DNA of 64,000 nucleotides, from the NCBI GenBank assembly GCA_963693365.1, contig CAVNZM010000008.1, positions 9,608,196 to 9,672,195 on the forward strand, given 5' to 3'. Positions 15,031-29,062 of the stretch are shown piece by piece. Source of the DNA: Amoebidium appalachense (Eukaryota > Protista > Ichthyosporea). The notes beneath the pieces were generated by a model, which was not told the DNA's origin, searched no databases, and saw only the letters and a list, made by a program, of their open reading frames with translations. A program made the translations under genes and the position numbers. Position 1 is the stretch's first letter. Each line of letters begins with the position of its first letter.

Positions 15031-15195
15031 TTCGGTCATCCCTCCCTGCAAAGTGTCAGTCAACGAGTCAACCGCAAAGGGATACACGAAGGGTTCGCCG
15101 TATACTTTTGAATACGGACCATTTTCTAGTTCCCAAAAGCAGGAGTTTCTTATTGCCGAGTTTGCTTTTCAAAGCCTTAGGGCCAGCGTCAGAGA

Positions 15196-18100
15196 ATGTC
15201 TGGCCAACGCCAGTTTAGGCTCTCCGTTAGCGCTCTTCGCGCTCTTCTGGAGGAGCCACACAACACACAAGTTGAGATCCTGAAGAAGGCCGGGGATGTG
15301 GAGGGGATCGTTGAGGCCCTGTATGTTGACCTGGAGAGTGAGTTTCCCCTTCCCCATGTTTTGATATATGGACACATACATACACATACGCACGCACACA
15401 AGCACACAAGCACACAAATAATTACATGCTCATGCTCACTTCCACACTCGTGCACAAATCTTGGATCGAGTATATGGGGGGAAGTGTAGGTGTCTCAATT
15501 CTTTGACAGAGTTCACCCACGATATTTCTCTTCGTTATTGTCTTGAGCTTTTCCTTCTCTGTATCCTGTTTGCTAATCCATCTTTTCTTCTTGCAGAGGG
15601 TCTATCAAGCAACGATGTAGCCGATCTCAAGCAGCGTGTTGCCGTGTACGGTGAGAACCGTATTCCCGTTGCCAAGTCCAAGTCCCTTTTCCGCCTTATG
15701 TGGGAGGCGCTCCACGATCCGATCCTTATTATCCTTATGATTGCCGGTGCCGTTTCTCTTATCATTGGTATGGCGTTTGAGGAAGACAAGTCCCACGCGT
15801 GGATTGAAGGCGGTGCTATTCTCCTCGCCGTTATTGTCGTCACCCTCGTTGCCTCCCTTAACGATTGGCAAAAGGAGCGCCAGTTTAAGAAACTCAACGC
15901 CGTCAAGGAGGATACCAAGGTCAGCGTACTGCGTGACGGCCACGTTGCCCAGGTGTCCAAGTTCGATGTTGTAGTTGGCGATGTTATCATCCTTGGGCAG
16001 GGTGACGAGATCGTTGCCGATGGGTTGGTTGTGGAGTCCTCGGGGCTTAAGGTTAACGAGGCATCACTCACCGGTGAGTCGGACGATATCAAGAAAGACC
16101 GCAACAGCAGCCCGTTTGTTCTCAGTGGCACGCAGGTCATGGACGGTATTGGCCGGATGGTTGTCTTGGCAGTCGGTCAGAATTCCCAAACCGGTATTAT
16201 CACTGCACTTATTCAGGGAAAGCGGGCAGCGAAATCGGCGAAAGCCGAAACGATGGCTGATGTTGCCTCCACGTCTTCCCCCGCTGACGAAAAGGAGAGG
16301 TCTCTGGTTTCTAACCCTGACGCTAACGTTATTGAGCTCGGTGAGACCAAGGCTACCACCCACGCGTTTTCTGGGCCAGCGGCGGTTGAAACGAACGAGG
16401 TTGAGGTTGATAGTGACGAGGACGAGGAGGAGCTGACGATTCTTCAGAAGAAGCTGGCCCGGCTGGCCACTCTTATTGGTTACCTCGGTCTTAGCGTTGC
16501 CATCCTCACCGTTTTGGTCCTCGTTATTCGCTTCTGCGTCGAGAACTACTCCACCCGCGGGTTTAAGAAGGAGGACTTGCGCGAATTCCTCAATTATTTC
16601 ATCATCGGTGTTACGGTCGTGGTTGTGGCTATTCCCGAGGGTCTGCCCCTGGCCGTGACCCTGTCTCTGGCCTTCTCCATGAAGAAGATGCTCAAGGACA
16701 ACAACCTTGTTCGTCACCTCGACGCCTGCGAAACCATGGGTGGTGCCACTGCCGTTTGCTCCGATAAGACCGGCACGCTCACCACTAACCGGATGACCGT
16801 TGTGCGTGCACAGCTCGCCGATACACCCACCGTCGACGCTGCAAAGTCTATTGCCGACGCGGCGCTTTCCCCCACGGTTGTCATCTGCCTGATTGAAGGT
16901 ATCGCCCTCAACTCTACCGCCGAGGTGCAGCGCCCCGAGTCTGGTGTCGGCCTTTTGGAACATGTCGGCAGCAAGACTGAGTGCGCGCTACTGCAGTACG
17001 CCATGGAGAACGGCTACGAATACGTTCCCATCCGCCACGCACACAAGCCCCTCGTCCTCTACCCGTTCAACTCGGCGCGCAAATCCAGCGGTGTTGTTGT
17101 GGCCACGACCCTCGTTGACGGCCAGTCCGGTTTCCGCCTTCATGTCAAGGGTGCCTCCGAAATTGTCCTCGGTCGCTGCACGCAGATTGTCATGCCAGAC
17201 GGTAGTGTCCGCCCGCTCGACGGCGGGACCCGCCAGGCTCTTCTGCAGAAGATTGAGTCGTATGCGATGGAGTCTCTCCGCACGCTCTGCCTCGCCTACC
17301 GCGAATTCACAGTCGACCGCAACTGGGAGACCGTTCAGGCTGAAGAGATTGACGGGGATTTGGTGCTGATTGCTCTTGTTGGTATCGAGGACCCGCTCCG
17401 CCCGGAGGTGCCCGGCGCCATTGAGAAGTGCCGCCGCGCCGGAATCACTGTGCGCATGGTTACCGGCGATAACGTCGTCACGGCTACTGCGATTGCAAAG
17501 AAGTGCGGTATTCTCATTAGCGAGGACGATTTGGTTATGGAGGGCCCCGAGTTCCGCAAGCGTGTTTTGGACTCCAACGGCAACATCATCCAGTCCGAGG
17601 TCGACAAGATTTGGCCCCGCCTGCGCGTTCTCGCCCGCTCTTCCCCCACCGACAAGTACACTTTGGTCTCCGGTATGGTCAACACCAAGGTTAACCCCCA
17701 GGTTGTGGCTGTGACGGGGGATGGTACCAATGATGCCCCCGCTCTCAAACGCGCCGACGTTGGTTTTGCCATGGGTATCCAGGGCACTGCCGTCGCCAAG
17801 AACGCCGCCGACATTATCATCATGGACGATAACTTCAGCTCAATTGTTGCCGCCGTCAAGTGGGGCCGCAACGTGTACGATAGCATCGCAAAGTTCGTTC
17901 AATTTCAGCTGACGGTGAACATTGTCGCGTTGGTGCTTGCGTTCACATCCGCGTGCATCGTGCGCCAGTCGCCACTCACCGCCACCCAGCTTCTGTGGAT
18001 CAACTTGGTGATGGACACGCTGGCGTCTCTCGCTCTCGCCACGGAGAAGCCCACCGAGGCTCTTCTCGACCGCAAGCCTTATGGCCGCAACAAGTCTCTT

Positions 18101-18844
18101 ATCTCTCGCCGCATGTGGGTTTTCACGCTGGGCCATGCCGTGTTCCAGATGATTCTCCTGTTCACACTCACTTTCGCCGGTCACAAGTTCTTTGACATCA
18201 GCAACGGCAAGGGGCAGGACCGCTCTGTGCACTACACCATCGTGTTCAACACGTTTGCACTGTGCCAGTTTTTCAACGAGGTCAACGCGAGGAAACTTCA
18301 CGGCGAGCTGAACGTCTTCAAGGGGTTCCTCTCCAACAAGTACTTCCTCGCCATCATGTGCATTCAGTTCGGCGTGCAGATTCTGATCGTGCAGTTCGGC
18401 TCCCGCGCTTTCAACGTCATGGGTCTTACGGCCGGCCAGTGGGCGTGGTGTTTCCTGTTTGCGTGCCTCGAAATTCCCTACAACGTTCTTCTCGGGTGCC
18501 TTCCCAAGATCATCCCTAAGAGCTGGAAGGTGTCTATGTCTCGTCCCATGGCCAAGTCTTGGTGGGTCAACCGCGCCACCCGCGTCCGTCGCGCTTTCGG
18601 TTTCAAGCCAAAATACCGCGAGAGTCCGTGCAATAGCATCAACGCCGAATGTGGGGATGATGTGCTTTTGGTTAGCAGTATGCCATATTCCAAGGTGGTG
18701 CATAAGGATATGTATGAGGCGACACTTTTCGCAATGCTCGCAAACACCAAGTCTCCGTCGACTCGGTTGCGTACGGCGGCAAGAATCGTTTGCTATAGGC
18801 AAAAGTGTGAGTTTGTGGATAAGGGCAAGGGGCCCCTCTTGTAG
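15196..18844 (+). CDS. PMCA: Plasma-membrane-type Ca2+-transporting P-type ATPase (P2B); exons 15196-15337 and 15597-18844, ~1129 aa
   Basis: Motifs TGES, VVVAIPEGLPLAVT, DKTGTLT, KGASE, MVTGDN, TGDGTNDAPAL, QFQLTVN, LLWINLVMD and FNEVNARK. The phase-1 intron GTGAGT(15338)...TTGCAG(15596) joins LYVDLE-K-GLSSND in frame. Confidence 0.97.
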
Positions 18845-19323
18845 ATTACCGGGGCTTGATATGTTATGTTAGTTTTTTAGTTGTTGGGTTTGTCACGGGA
18901 ATTTGCATGAATGGGTCCTCGGGAATGTGTAGGCGCAGGGACGGCTTACCCTGTATATATGTACATACATCGAACATATACATATGAATATACATATGGT
19001 AGCAGCCGTGAATGGAAATACAAATATCTTGTTCATCATACTCATTACTAATTAGTGCAGGTCTTCCCTCCCCCCCCCCCCCCCCCCCCCCCCCCCCTGG
19101 ACCCAGCCCAGCCCAAACCTCTCTTGGATAACTAGTCTTGCAGCAGTTGTACTCATTTGAGTGATCGTTTTCTGCTTCAGGTCCTGCCCCTCCCCCTCCC
19201 CCCCCCCCCCCCCCCCCCCCCTCTCTCCCCCGGGCCGAAAAAAAGGAGCTGTGTTATTTGTGTTGTTTTTCTGTGGTTGTAAGTTTACCCACACCTGCCC
19301 CTACCTTCCCTCCCCTCCCTCCC

Positions 19324-19359
<36 letters not shown>

Positions 19360-19480
19360 CACGCTCGTACAAATTATGTCATGCACACACCCACAAACAC
19401 AAACACGAACCACAAACACCAACACACACACGCACACCCCCTTGTGTACACACACACACACACACACATACACGCACACG

Positions 19481-19511
<31 letters not shown>

Positions 19512-19520
19512 ACGCACACG

Positions 19521-19595
<75 letters not shown>

Positions 19596-19667
19596 TGCCT
19601 TGAGAATCACTCACACTTATCCTCCTCCGCACCACTGTGATCCCTGGCCACCGGAACTTGGTAAGTG

Positions 19668-19698
<31 letters not shown>

Positions 19699-19902
19699 AA
19701 GGGGAGGGGGGGGGGGGGGGGGGGGGATGGGGGGGAAAAGGGGGGGGGGGGGGGGGGGGGCACGTGTGTGCACACACACACATACACCGTGGCACACACA
19801 CACAAATGCACACACGAACACACATACACGCACACACACCCGCACCCGCACACACGCACACACACACACACACACAAGCACACAAACACAAGAAAGCACA
19901 CA

Positions 19903-19938
<36 letters not shown>

Positions 19939-20943
19939 CACACTCCCCCCCCCCCACACACATGAACGCGCGCGCACGAAAACGCACACACACACACACA
20001 ACTAATATTAACTCCTGAGAGCTTTCCTCAGCATACTCATCTCAAGACATCTATGGTCTTGTTCGCAGGCTAGGATTCAGGCCTTCCCAGCCTCCTGCGT
20101 CTTTTGTCCTTCAGATGTGGCTTGTAATGTGATGCACAGCTTTGTAACAATCTCAGGTAGCCGTAAAATCTCTTATTTTCTTTTCTTTCTCCTCTTTTTT
20201 TTGTTTTTAAGTTTTCAAGTTTTGGGCTTTTAAAGTTTACGGTTGGGGGGGGGGGGGGGGGGGGGGGGGGGAAGGGGGGATGGGGCAAGGAGGGAGAAAA
20301 GGAAAAAGCTTTGTGGAAGAGAAGGAGAAAGGTGGAGGTTAGGGCAGTGTGCACATGTTCTGTAGGAGCATGCGCGTGCGCGTTTGTGTTTGTGTGTGTG
20401 TGTTGGGTGGGTGGTGTGGGGGGGGGGGGGGGAGGAGGGGTGGTGGTGGTTGGAGATGGAAGAGGGATTGGACTTTAGGGGGAGGAGTAGGGGCAGGGGT
20501 GGGAGGTGGGGTGGGGTGGAATGGGGAGGGGGGGGGGGGAGTTCATTGGCTGCCCGGTACACCTACATGTCTGCACACGTGTGTGCACTAATGTGCGTGT
20601 AAATATTGCTTCAATGATACTGGTGTGTCTATATGTGGGGGACGTGTTTGTATGTAACTGTTGTTTGCGTATATATTGTGCAAGCAGGTGTTCATGTTAT
20701 CAGGGTTGGTTTATGTGTGCACCCACTGCACATAAGTCTAACAACGCATGTGCAACACATGTGCATCTGAGTGTATGGTTTTCACAGTGTGTTTTGCTTG
20801 TGCGTGAATAGTCACGGGGTGTGTGTGCGTGTGTGTGTGTTTGGGTGTCTGCGTGTGCCTGTGTGTGTGTGCGTGCGTTTGTGTCTGTGTGTGTGTGTGT
20901 TGTTTGTGTGTGAGTGTTTGTCCAGGTGTGCTTGTGCGTGTCT

Positions 20944-21006
<63 letters not shown>

Positions 21007-21012
21007 CGTGCA

Positions 21013-21045
<33 letters not shown>

Positions 21046-21174
21046 CTGTATGTCTGTGTATGTGTGCACGGTGTGTTTGCGTGTGTGTGCGCGCATGTGT
21101 ATGTGGGTGCGTGTATGTATGTGCATGTGCAGTGGTATGTGTCATAAACTTGGAGTCTGTTCCTTCTGCTTGAG

Positions 21175-21416
21175 AGGGCCCAACCACATCGGCAGAGTGA
21201 ACTTGCAAAAGGCAGAATTATTTTGCAAAAGCAGAATCAATCTGCTAAAAGCAGAATGATTCTGCAAACACAGAATCATATGCTTTTAGCAGAATCACTC
21301 TGCTTTTAGCAGAATTATATACCGAGAAAGCAGAATCACTCTGCTTTTAGCAGACTTATGCAAAAAGCAGATTTATTCTGCTCGGAGCCAGGTATTAGCC
21401 GATGTGGATGGGCCCT
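21175..21416. mobile_element. Foldback MITE, copy 2 (shorter, opposite orientation to copy 1)
   Basis: Same AGGGCCCAACCACATCGGC...GCCGATGTGGATGGGCCCT termini and GCAGAAT..TTCTGC internal units. Exact 6-bp flanking repeat CTTGAG (21169-21174, 21417-21422). Confidence 0.9.
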
Positions 21417-21587
21417 CTTGAGGCCAGTGCAGATATCGTATTTTCCAATGGCGAGTGTGTGTCTAAAAATGCGTGCGCGAGCTGCGTGCGTGCTCATGTG
21501 TGCGTGCGTGTGTGCGTGCGTGCTGGCGTGCGTGCGTGCGTGCTGCGTGCGCGCGTGCGTGATTGCGTGCGCGCGTGCGTGCGTGCG

Positions 21588-22083
<496 letters not shown>

Positions 22084-22230
22084 CCAGACATATGCACTTA
22101 GAATTTGGCACCCAGTGCACGTGCACTTGTGTGCATATGCACAACAGTGACGGTCAGAGAGAGCATGTGCGGTTGCGAGCCATGGCCATCCCGACGAAGC
22201 ATGCAAGCTTGCACTTGCGGAACGGTCTGT

Positions 22231-22290
22231 ATTGGCTTTATAAATAGAGCGCAGCGTACTATCGACATCAAGCTCCTATTGGCTCCAATT
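22231..22290 (+). promoter_or_regulatory. Candidate RhoGEF promoter (ATTGG, TATAAATA, ATTGG/CCAAT)
   Basis: ATTGG at 22231, TATAAATA at 22239-22246, ATTGGCTCCAAT at ~22278; the ATG is at 22503. Confidence 0.4.
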
Positions 22291-22502
22291 TATTGTGCTA
22301 TTTTCATAGCCATATACAGGCAATCGTCATCCCTTTGCCGCTCGCACCGGTTCCCCGGCGCACCGTGCACAGTTGGCAAAAGTTTTTCTCACAGCTTTTG
22401 CCAGTTATTCCGGCAGTTCATGTTAGTGCGAGTCATTCTCATATAGGAGAATTTACAATAGTAGTGATTTTTTGGGCGTAACAGCCCACCCACGTAGTCA
22501 GC

Positions 22503-24731
22503 ATGGAGGATCTCCCTGACGCGCTCCAGTGCGTCTTGAACGAGCTGGTGACGACAGAGAGAACGTTTGTGGAGGACATGACTCTTGTTGTCAACGAGTA
22601 TATGATTCCCTCTATGGTAGGTGGATCATGGGGCGTTTTTGAGCGTGAGTTTGGTCTGTGTGTGTGTGGTTGTGTGGGGTGGGGGGAAGTGTTGTGTGCG
22701 CGCGGCGCGCGCGTGTGCGTGCGTGCATGCGTGTGTGTGCACGTGTGTGTGTCTGTGTGCTTGTGCATGGGTGCATGTGTATGTGTGTGTGTTTGGAAGA
22801 GAGAATTTGCCGGGGGGAGGGGGTGGGGGTTGGGGGGAGGGGGTAGAGGGGCGGAGGCAGGAGAGGGGCGCGACCAGGACGAGGAGTTGGAGGTGATGTT
22901 TTCCTGTCATTTTTGAGTTTGTCGTTGAGGAGAGGGGGAGGGGGCGAGGAGACGAAGAGTTAGTTGTGCTCTGTGCGTGAGAAAATTGCTTGGTATAAAG
23001 CACCGTCAGATAGAAGGAACCAAGTCAGAAGAAGGGCCACGCGAGGACAGGGGCGGGCGGGGGGAAGAGGGGGGTGGGGGGAGGGGAGGGGTGGGGGGGG
23101 GAAGGGGGGAAATTGGATTTGCCTGTCGGGGGAAATTGCTTGTTAGTGGAGAGTTGAGGCAGGTTGGGTGAAGGCGTGGCTTCGGCTCCTCTTCATCGAA
23201 TTTTGTTGTTTTTGAAGTCTACCCTTCTTTCAGCGTGCTCTCTCTTTGGTGCTACTGCTTAGGCCCTACTAGGACAAGCAGATTTCCCCCCCTTCCCCCT
23301 CCCCCTCCCTCCCTCGCCAGTCCCCCACCCCCCAACCCCAGCACAAACACACACGCACGGAAACACGCAGACGCACACACACATACAGCAAACACACACA
23401 GATGCACACAGGTCGGCCACACAGCCAAAGCCGAATCCCTCCGTCTTATCATCGTTTTTCCCTTTCCCTATATTGCAGCTCTGATCTGTTGCCCTCCCGC
23501 AAAACTGAACTGCACCTATTCCCCATCTCCTTTGCAACCCCCCCCCCCCCCCCCCACTTGCTGGCTACCCTAGTTCTTGTCAGTCCTTCTTAGAGTTTCA
23601 TCCTTGTACACATGCTTGCTCTCTTCTTTCATCACCTCCTAGGTCTTGCTAACAGCATAGTCTTGTTTCTCCTTTTCCAGCAACAACCCCACCCCCCCCC
23701 TCCCCCCTCTCCCCGCCCTTTCCCCCCTCCCCCTCCCCTCTGCCCCTGGTGTGGGTGAAGGGGAGAGGGGGTGGGGGCGGTGGGGGGGAGGGGGGGAAGG
23801 GGAGGGGGAAGGGGTTGGAGGGCAGGTACATACTCTCACCTTTATTCTGCCTAATGTGCCCTTTCTGTTTCTTCCATTGAACTCTACGACTTTCCTGCGA
23901 ACCCTCTCCCCCCTCCCCCGTTCCCCTGCCCCTTCTCTTTTCCTTGCATCACCGTCTGCGGATGCTTGTTCTGTGCACTGGTGGTAGCAGACGGATATGT
24001 GTTGGTGGTGGTGGTCGGGAGAACACCTGGGGGAGGGGGGAGGAGGGGGGGGGGGGGGGGGATGGGGGGAGAGGGGAAGAGGAGGTGGGGGGGGGGGGGG
24101 GGGGGTATTGCGGTGGGAAAAAAGGGAAGGCGAGGTGAACAGGCAAGGGTTGGGTGTATCTGCTTAGGGCAAGAGGTTTGGGGGGGGGTGGGGGGGGGTG
24201 GAAAAGGTGGGGTGGGGGGAGAGGGGGGGGGGGGAGGGGGCAGGAAGGCTTGAAGAAAGGGTGAGGGGTAGGGGATGAAGGGGAGGGGGATTGTGGGGGA
24301 AGGGAAGGGATCCGTCGTATCTTTATGTTCCGTGAACAAGAACAGCTGTTTATTGGCTTGGGCTGACATATGTCTCAGTCAGCAAATATTCCCGGATTTG
24401 GACCCAAAAAGTGGAAGTTTGTCTTCAACAACGTGCAGGACGTAGTGGCATGCCACGTGAGGTTTCTGTCCAGTTTGGAGGTAGTTATCTCCCCTCCTGT
24501 ATATCCCCAATCTGTATATCTTCACTGTGCATATTCCCATTATGGATATCCCAATGTTGGCTATTCCTCAATCGGTATATCCCCATGCGGATAACGGATA
24601 TCCCTCTTCTGTATATTCCCATGATATATACCCCCAACCACCCACCCACCCTCCCCCCCCCCTCCCCCCTCTCCCCCCCCCCCCCCCCCCCCCTTCCCTT
24701 GCTTCGACCAATCCCAATCCGGCCCCCTCCA

Positions 24732-24764
<33 letters not shown>

Positions 24765-25429
24765 ACCCCACCCCTCCCCCCCTACCCCACCTCACCCCCC
24801 CCCCCCCCCTCTCCCCCCTTTCCCCACATCGCCCCACTCCCAAGGAAGAGGCTCTGTTCAGTTGTTTTGATTTCGATTGTGGTTTGGTTTTGGAGCTCTT
24901 GTAAATGGGCTGGGTTCCATGTTTGCCACCCTCTAAGGCATTCTTATCCCCCCTCCCTCCCCCCGCCCCCCCTCCTCCAAGCCCTCCTCAACCGCACCCC
25001 CCATTTTCCCTCATCCCACCCCTCCCTCCCCCCTCCCCCCCTTTCCTCCATTTCACATTTGCAAATTTCACAGGAATGGTGGCCGGATGTTGAATCCTCG
25101 TTCTTCGAGCTGAGTGAAAACTACGAGGTGTACCGGCAGTACATCAGCAGGCTCAGCGAGGCCCAGAATGTTCTGGATGACGGCTACAAGAATAACCCTG
25201 GGGTAAAGGCATGGCTGGACCAGCGCCAGAGGGTATGCTATATATATATAGATGTATAGATGTGTAAGTGTATGGATGTATAGATGTATGGATATATGGA
25301 TATATGGATGTATGGATGTGTGGATGTATAGGTGTACATGTGTGTGTACATGTTTATATAAGTGTGGGTGAGTAGGTGGGTGGGTGGGAAGTGAGTGGGT
25401 GGGTGGGTGGGTGGGTGGGGATGGGGCTG

Positions 25430-25522
<93 letters not shown>

Positions 25523-28170
25523 CGCGCGTGGGTGTGTGTGCTACATTATTTCATACCTCCCCCCTCCCCTCCCCCCCCCCCCCCCCCCCCCCCCCCCAAC
25601 ATCGTTAGGATGAAGGAGCACCTCCTTGCTTTCCCCACCGGCATTGCTCAACCTCGCCTTTCACAGATTGCTGCGTGCCTCAAACGTGAATTACGTAGTC
25701 GTTTTGAACTTGAACGTGTTGACATGTCGCAACCCCATGTGATGTTGGTGTCTGTGTTTCATAACTCCGGGCTCGATAGAATCCCTTTGCAACGCATCAT
25801 CAAAGACAAAGAAATACATGCTCTCCTGCCGCTTGAAATGCGTAAATTCCGTATCTCTGCTGTGTGGAAATATGTGTCTACCCTGGGCTACACCACTATC
25901 AACTGCAAACACACCGCACGACTCCCGCAGGACACCATAGCAAACATCCATGCACAACCCTGCCCTTGCAACGACCCGCACTATGCGCCATACGTACACC
26001 CACAACACGGACACGTGCTTACATCGCGCTTAGACATTCCCGGCCTGCCCGCAGACTTTGCATCGCTCATGCATTTTGGAACCAAGTTCCGAATGCAGGT
26101 CGAGCAGACGGAGGACACCACCTGTAGCAATTTATTGACACAGGCGTTGCAAAGTTTCTGTAACAAGATGTACGATCTTGGTATGGCAGCTTATCCCTCT
26201 TTGAATCCGTGGGCAGCCGCCGTCTTTACTAAGTGTCGCCCCTTCCTGCCATATGCACAACACGCACCCAACACACACACCGTACCACAAGCTTCTGTGC
26301 TTCTACTGCGTCGCTTCCAAAAACGTTTCGTAGTCACCACAATGGATAAAGCTAGCAACACGTTCGTGATCGTCTGCAAAAAACACTACGTTAGCAGCAT
26401 TACAGCCGAACTGCATGCACCTGCCGCAACATACACCGTCTGCAACACTGCACCAAAAGACATTGTTGCACAACACCTTGCATTTCTCAAAACACATGAC
26501 ATAAAAGGCACACCAGGACGTCGCACTGCACGCTTGCCCACATTTCAGGCCATAGTTAAAATGCACAAAACACCACCCACCTTCCGTTTCATTGCCAACT
26601 CCTCTGCCACATCACTTGAACCTCTCTCCCGCCTTCTCACTAGTGTGTTTAAGTTCGTCTCCCCTGATGTCGAACGTATGTGGTGTGATGTTGTCAAACC
26701 CCACCTGCCACACAACACTAGCTCTTGGATTCTCACGGATAGCACCGCACTCACACACACAATCAACGCCCTTAACCGTACCACACGCCAACATGAAAAT
26801 ACGCCCGTGTCTGTGTTTGATTTTTCCACACTCTACACCAAGATTGACTTGCATGATTTGAAAGCTCGCCTCACTACACTGATTGACGCAATATTTGTCA
26901 AAAAATGCACGGACGCTCGCAAACCACACATGTTTATTAAGAAAACCGGCTCCACGTTGTCCTGGGTGGATCGTGTAGATGATGATTCCCAGGATGATTC
27001 CTTTGAGCCTAAAGAACACTCTCTACATCTCTCTAAGGCACAGCTTGTGGATTTTCTATGTTTCCTCGTAGATAACATATATGTTGTGTTTGGCGATACC
27101 CTCTACAAACAGGACATTGGTATCCCCATGGGTACAAACTGTGCTGTTTTCTTGGCTAATTTCTATCTCTTTACTTATGAGTTGGATTTTGTTCGCAAGC
27201 TTATTGCACACGAACGCATTGATGTCTTGGTAGATTTTCAGTTTACTCGCCGCTACATAGATGATTTGATCTCCCTTCATAATCCTCGCATTCTCTCCCA
27301 CCTCTATTTAGAAGATTGTGATTTCGGTCTATATCCCAAGACCAGCCTTCAACTCAACCCTGCCGGTTCCTCCCCCTCTGTCCCCTACCTCGACTTGCAT
27401 ATCACCTGCACTAATCACGGCATTCACACAACCATCTACAACAAGCTCGACACACCCACGTTCAATACACTAGACATCGTTCGTTTCCCACATCACGACT
27501 CATTCATCTCCCGCACTGCAAAATACGGCATCATGACAAGTCAAATGCATAGCTACCAGCGCAAATGCTCCACACTTGCTGCATTCACCACATGCACTGC
27601 ACGACTTGCTAAAACATTGCTTAACAAAGGCTACTCGTTTAGACTCTTGCACCACAAAATGCACAGCTTTCTCGCCACACACCCGCACATATACCGTGGC
27701 ATTCACTCCTCTCACATACTCTCCATCATCACTAAAAAGATCAACACTCCCTAGTCCCCCACTCTATCCCGGTTCCCCCCCCCCCCCCCCCCCCCCCCTC
27801 CCCCCCCCCCCTACCAGCCCCTACACCTCCCCCCCCCCCCCCCCCCTCCCCCCCCCCCCCTCCCTCTCTCTCTCCCTCTCTCTCTCCCTCTCCCTCTCTC
27901 TCCCTCCCTCTCTCTCTCTCTGTCTCCCTCTCTCGCTCTCTTTCGTTCTCTCTCGTTCTCTCCCTCCCTCTCTCTCTCTCTCCCTCTCCCCCTCTCCCCC
28001 CCCCCCTTCCCCTCCCCCCCCCCCCCCCCCCCCCCCCCCCTCTCTCTCTCTCCCCCCGCTCCTTTTCCCAAACAATTCCCCCGCCGTTCTTCTTTCTCAG
28101 CCGGCTAGGTTTTTTGGGTTGCCTGGTAAGTTTTGAAATGGAGGTCTCGTCTCTGATCTGTCCACCACAG

Positions 28171-28216
<46 letters not shown>

Positions 28217-28241
28217 CCCTCCCTCCCTCCCCTCCCTTCCC

Positions 28242-28319
<78 letters not shown>

Positions 28320-28826
28320 CCCTTCTCCTCCCCCCCCCCCCCCCCCCCTTCCCCTCCTACCTTCTTTTTCCCCCCCCTTCCCCCCCCCCCCCCCCCTGGC
28401 CAAACCCTGTATACACTCTTCTCATCAGCAGGTCTCTAACCCACTCTGCAGAACGTTTTACGCATTTCTCCCCTCGGAGAACTTGGTCGTTGGTGCGTTT
28501 TTGTCTGACATCTAACGACTCTGCAGGGTCCCCTGAGACTACTGACACTCTAACATTCCCTCCCCTCTCTTACTTCCCCCCCCCCCCCCCTCCCCCTTTC
28601 CCTCCTCCTTCCCCTCCCATTTTCTCTGCACACCCAACAGGTCTTAACCAGATCTGCACATCGTTAGTCACAATCTTCTCACATATATGAGAGAATGATC
28701 GTATTGGTACGATTTGTCTAATATCTGACGATTCTGCAGCATCCCTAAGACCCCCCTCCCCCTCCCCCTCCCCTCCCCCCCCCCCCCCCCCCCCCACCTT
28801 CTCTCTCTCTCTCTCTCCCTCTCTCC

Positions 28827-28925
<99 letters not shown>

Positions 28926-28930
28926 TTCCT

Positions 28931-28966
<36 letters not shown>

Positions 28967-29027
28967 GCGCCTGTTGTTTTGCTTGTCATTTGTTGTTCTG
29001 GTTGATTACCTGTAATCTTCGCTTATT

Positions 29028-29062
<35 letters not shown>

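Noticed and set aside
15461-15596. ORF-track N-terminus of the PMCA
   Set aside because: It is intron sequence with a non-ATG start; exon 1 at 15196 gives a better PMCA N-terminus.
28415-28480. Hammerhead core CTGATGA on the - strand
   Set aside because: GAAA and stems II/III do not pair in hammerhead geometry.
28420-28670. Group I intron-like words (CATCAGCAGG like Q, GAGACTAC like R, TAGTC)
   Set aside because: There is no P partner upstream and a poor S element; the tandem two-module fold explains the region better.
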